Assembly (NCBI GenBank): GCA_965202585.1
Contig: OZ241833.1
Span: 13,330,001 to 13,394,000 of the forward strand
Origin: Thalia democratica
Taxonomy: Eukaryota
Direction: 5' to 3'
Length of the DNA: 64,000 nucleotides
The notes under the pieces were generated by a model. It saw nothing but the letters and a program-made list of their open reading frames with translations, ran no database searches and was not told the origin of the DNA. Positions 61,382 through 64,000 of this stretch are shown here, one piece after another. The position numbers were made by a program, and so were the translations under genes. Within the stretch, counting starts at the first letter, position 1; each line of letters starts with the position of its first letter.

Positions 61382-63140
61382 TCATATATTTTTTTGACCG
61401 CGCATTGGTTGAATGAAAATTTTGAGTGTAAACATCGTGTTTGACATTGTCGGGAAATGGAGGGTGAGCACACTGCCTAAAACATTTGTAATTACATTCA
61501 GGATATGCTTCGTAGTTGGAATATTACCTTGGATCATGTTCAATTTTTTTTTTGCGAGACAATGCTAGAAACATTTAAAAGCACAAACAAAACAAAAAGC
61601 CCTGCTTCTTGTTCAAAATGTGGATACAAGGTGAAGCTTAACATGTCTTATGCTAGAGAGACTGAAAAAGCTAAAATCAGGTGTCCAGTACTATGATGCT
61701 AACTATAAAAACAATCAAGATTCGATTATTACAGCTAAAGAATGGCAACTGGTTAATCACATTATTCTACTGCTCGAACTTTTTTTTGTAACAAAGGAGT
61801 GTAGTAAAAACAATGTATTGCTCTCAAGCATGATCCCGCATGCAAGATCACTGACGAAGTTTCTTACCACTAATGAAAATTTAGAAGAACTATCAAGTGT
61901 TTGTAAAACTTTAGCCAAAAATATAGGTGAGGCTTGTGAAAGAACGTTCTATACTAGGGGTGGACAATTTTTTTAATCGAACTGGATCCGGGATTTTTTT
62001 GTTTTTGGCAGGACGGAGCATTTAACATTAGTGATTTACCTGATCTAGTATGCGAATAACTTCTTTTTCTATCCGAATCTGATTGGATAAAAATTTTAAA
62101 TCAAGATCCGGATCCGGTCGGATTCTAATTTAAAAAAGTTTCTGATTTGGCCAAAATTTAATTTTATAGATACGGTTGATCACTTTTTTGAATCCTTTTA
62201 ATTCACAAAAACTTCTCAAACGTAACAATTTAAGATGTAGATTGAGACATGTCAGATGTTTATGTAATGTCTACAGGTAGAATTGACATGATAATTGGCA
62301 AAGGTTGGTATATAAAACATCAGAGTTATGAAAACAATTTTTTTGGGTAATTTGACAAAAGTATATTCCAAATAAATTAGAACAACACAAAATATTCGGA
62401 CAAAATGTTTTTTTATCAGTAGACATTAATTTAAAAAGCCATTTTTTAAAATTGTTTTGTGTCAAAATCTTACAGTTTTGTTTTGTAAAAATATGATAAA
62501 AAAATTTATAAAAAAGTTGTAATATTGAATTTTGCGGGGTGGTCATTCTATAGCGGACCATACATTGCCCATCCCTATTCTATACCAATAACAACAAATT
62601 AAACATAAATGACAACAAATTACTACTAGTCACAACACCTGTTGATCCACAATATCGACTTTTCCTTCTTACTTGAAAAATAATGTTAAAAAGCAGTTAA
62701 AATTTAATGTTAAAAAGAATATCTCTTTTTAGGCTAATCAAAAAGGTGATTTTCCTATATTGTCACCAGAGAAACCAAAGCCATAACCCTAAAGTAAATT
62801 CTGATCCAAAGAAGTTTTTAACTTATTAGTCTTTGTTTAAAATAGAATCAAATAAGCTACACAGGAAGACGAGCAACAGGACAGGACTCTATTGATGAAG
62901 AAATTGAAGCAAAAATAAAGGGCAGAAACCGAAAGGGATAAAGTCTTAAACTGGTGGAACTTGAACAAGACAAAATACCCACATCTTGCCAGCTTTGCAA
63001 GGAAATATCTTGCTACACTATCATTTTCTGAGTATTCTGAAAGATTATTTTCTGAAGATGGTAATTTTTACGAGGAAAAGCGTAATTGGCTGCTTCCAAA
63101 GGCCGGCAAAAAACGTCATTTCTCCACCACAACTTGAAAA
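61382..63140 (+). pseudogene. Decayed hAT-superfamily transposase, interrupted by a nested MITE
   Basis: Motifs appear in order: SYIFLTAHWLNENF...EGEHTA*NI...DMLRSWNI...(frameshift) FLRDNA; EWQLVNHIILLLELF..VTKECS...LSSMIP; LLLVTTPVDPQY; VLNWWNLNKTKYPHLASFARKYLA...SERLFS...FLHHNL (hAT C-terminal dimerisation domain). It contains stops and frameshifts. Confidence 0.88.
61955..62577. mobile_element. hAT-type non-autonomous element (623 bp) nested in the transposase relic
   Basis: TIRs TAGGGGTGGACAAT and (reverse complement) TAGGGATGGGCAAT, with a perfect 8-bp TSD ttctatac at 61947-61954 and 62578-62585. Removing the element restores the frame (RTFYTNNNK...). Confidence 0.9.
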
Positions 63141-63363
63141 AACAAGAATAGTCTTCTGTAGTATAAAGAAGACATTTTTTGTAATTGTAGTTCATTTTAT
63201 ATTTTTAAACAGTTTCTAAGGTTTTTTTTTTGTTTTTTGTTATAGTGAAAGTGTAAACCTGAGTGGAATTTAAATTTAAAAAGTTTTTGCAATACTTTGC
63301 ACAGGTAGTCCTAAACTGGAAATAATTTTACTAACAATTAGTTTATTGAACGAAATAAAAAAC

Positions 63364-63550
63364 GTTCAAAAAATTTGGTTCTTGGACCTGGTTTACGAAA
63401 AAAAAACCTTTCGGTTATCGAGTCGCATACTACTCGGATACCTTTTAACGTCTTGTCCAGGACGTTAAATCCAGGACTCGATAACCGAAAGGTTCTTAGT
63501 GCACCAGGTCCTATGACAAATTTTCTGAGCGTCTTTTATTGTCGTCCAAT
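63364..63550. repeat. Two head-to-head copies of the dispersed repeat, forming a perfect 18-bp inverted repeat
   Basis: cctttcggttatcgagtc (63407-63424) and gactcgataaccgaaagg (63475-63492). The minus copy begins TTAA|CGTCCTGGACAAGACG. Confidence 0.75.
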
Positions 63551-64000
63551 AAACTATTTTAAATAATTTTGATTAAAAATTAATGGTAATAATTTTATTT
63601 AACTACAAGTTTTAATGAAATTTAAAACGTCTATATACAATTAAAGTTATGCCAGTTTGCGTGAGGCTATTTGAAAGTTATATGTTTAAATAAAACTTTT
63701 TTATCATAAGATTAGAACATAAGTGTCTAAAAAATCTTTAAAAACTAACTATGTAAAAACTTTTTTTTATTTTTGAGAGCAAATAAAACTTTTTTTGCAA
63801 TAAAAACATTTGATATTTTCGGCTGTTATCTTAGCCTAAAAAGCTTCAAAGATTGTAAAAAACAGCGTATATAACTATTTAAATATAGAAAAGAAAAAAA
63901 TAAATATTAGGTAGATTTATAATACTAACAGACCTTGTTCGAAATTTGTGAAAACTATAATTTTAATGATAATTATTTTAATATGAAGCACGTAATCGTC

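Overview
AT-rich animal genomic DNA with spliceosomal introns and no prokaryotic features. The taxon cannot be established from sequence alone. Two genes could be assembled by hand. (1) 6070-42337 (+) is one giant gene of about 91 exons, predicted to encode a secreted protein of about 5,042 aa. It has a signal peptide and 58 copies of a 10-Cys domain (C-x3-C-x3-C-x11-C-x3-C-x12-C-x2-C-x8-C-x2-C-x3-C) that I do not recognise. Two domain subtypes alternate strictly (29 pairs), and nearly every domain is preceded by R-x-x-R. The many short DHKL-ending ORFs in the track are its exons, not separate genes. (2) 49650-57891 (-) is a 6-exon Popeye-domain (BVES/POPDC-like) gene, convergent with the first. 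In the introns of the giant gene and upstream of it are several minimal type I hammerhead-ribozyme motifs, mostly in inverted repeats; one pair sits beside a Penelope-like GIY-YIG relic. The introns also hold an RTE-type LINE fragment, a hAT-type MITE and a dead pseudo-exon. The array records a precise intron loss and patchy homogenisation. The right end holds a decayed hAT transposase with a nested MITE. All coordinates and alignments were read by eye; no searches were run.
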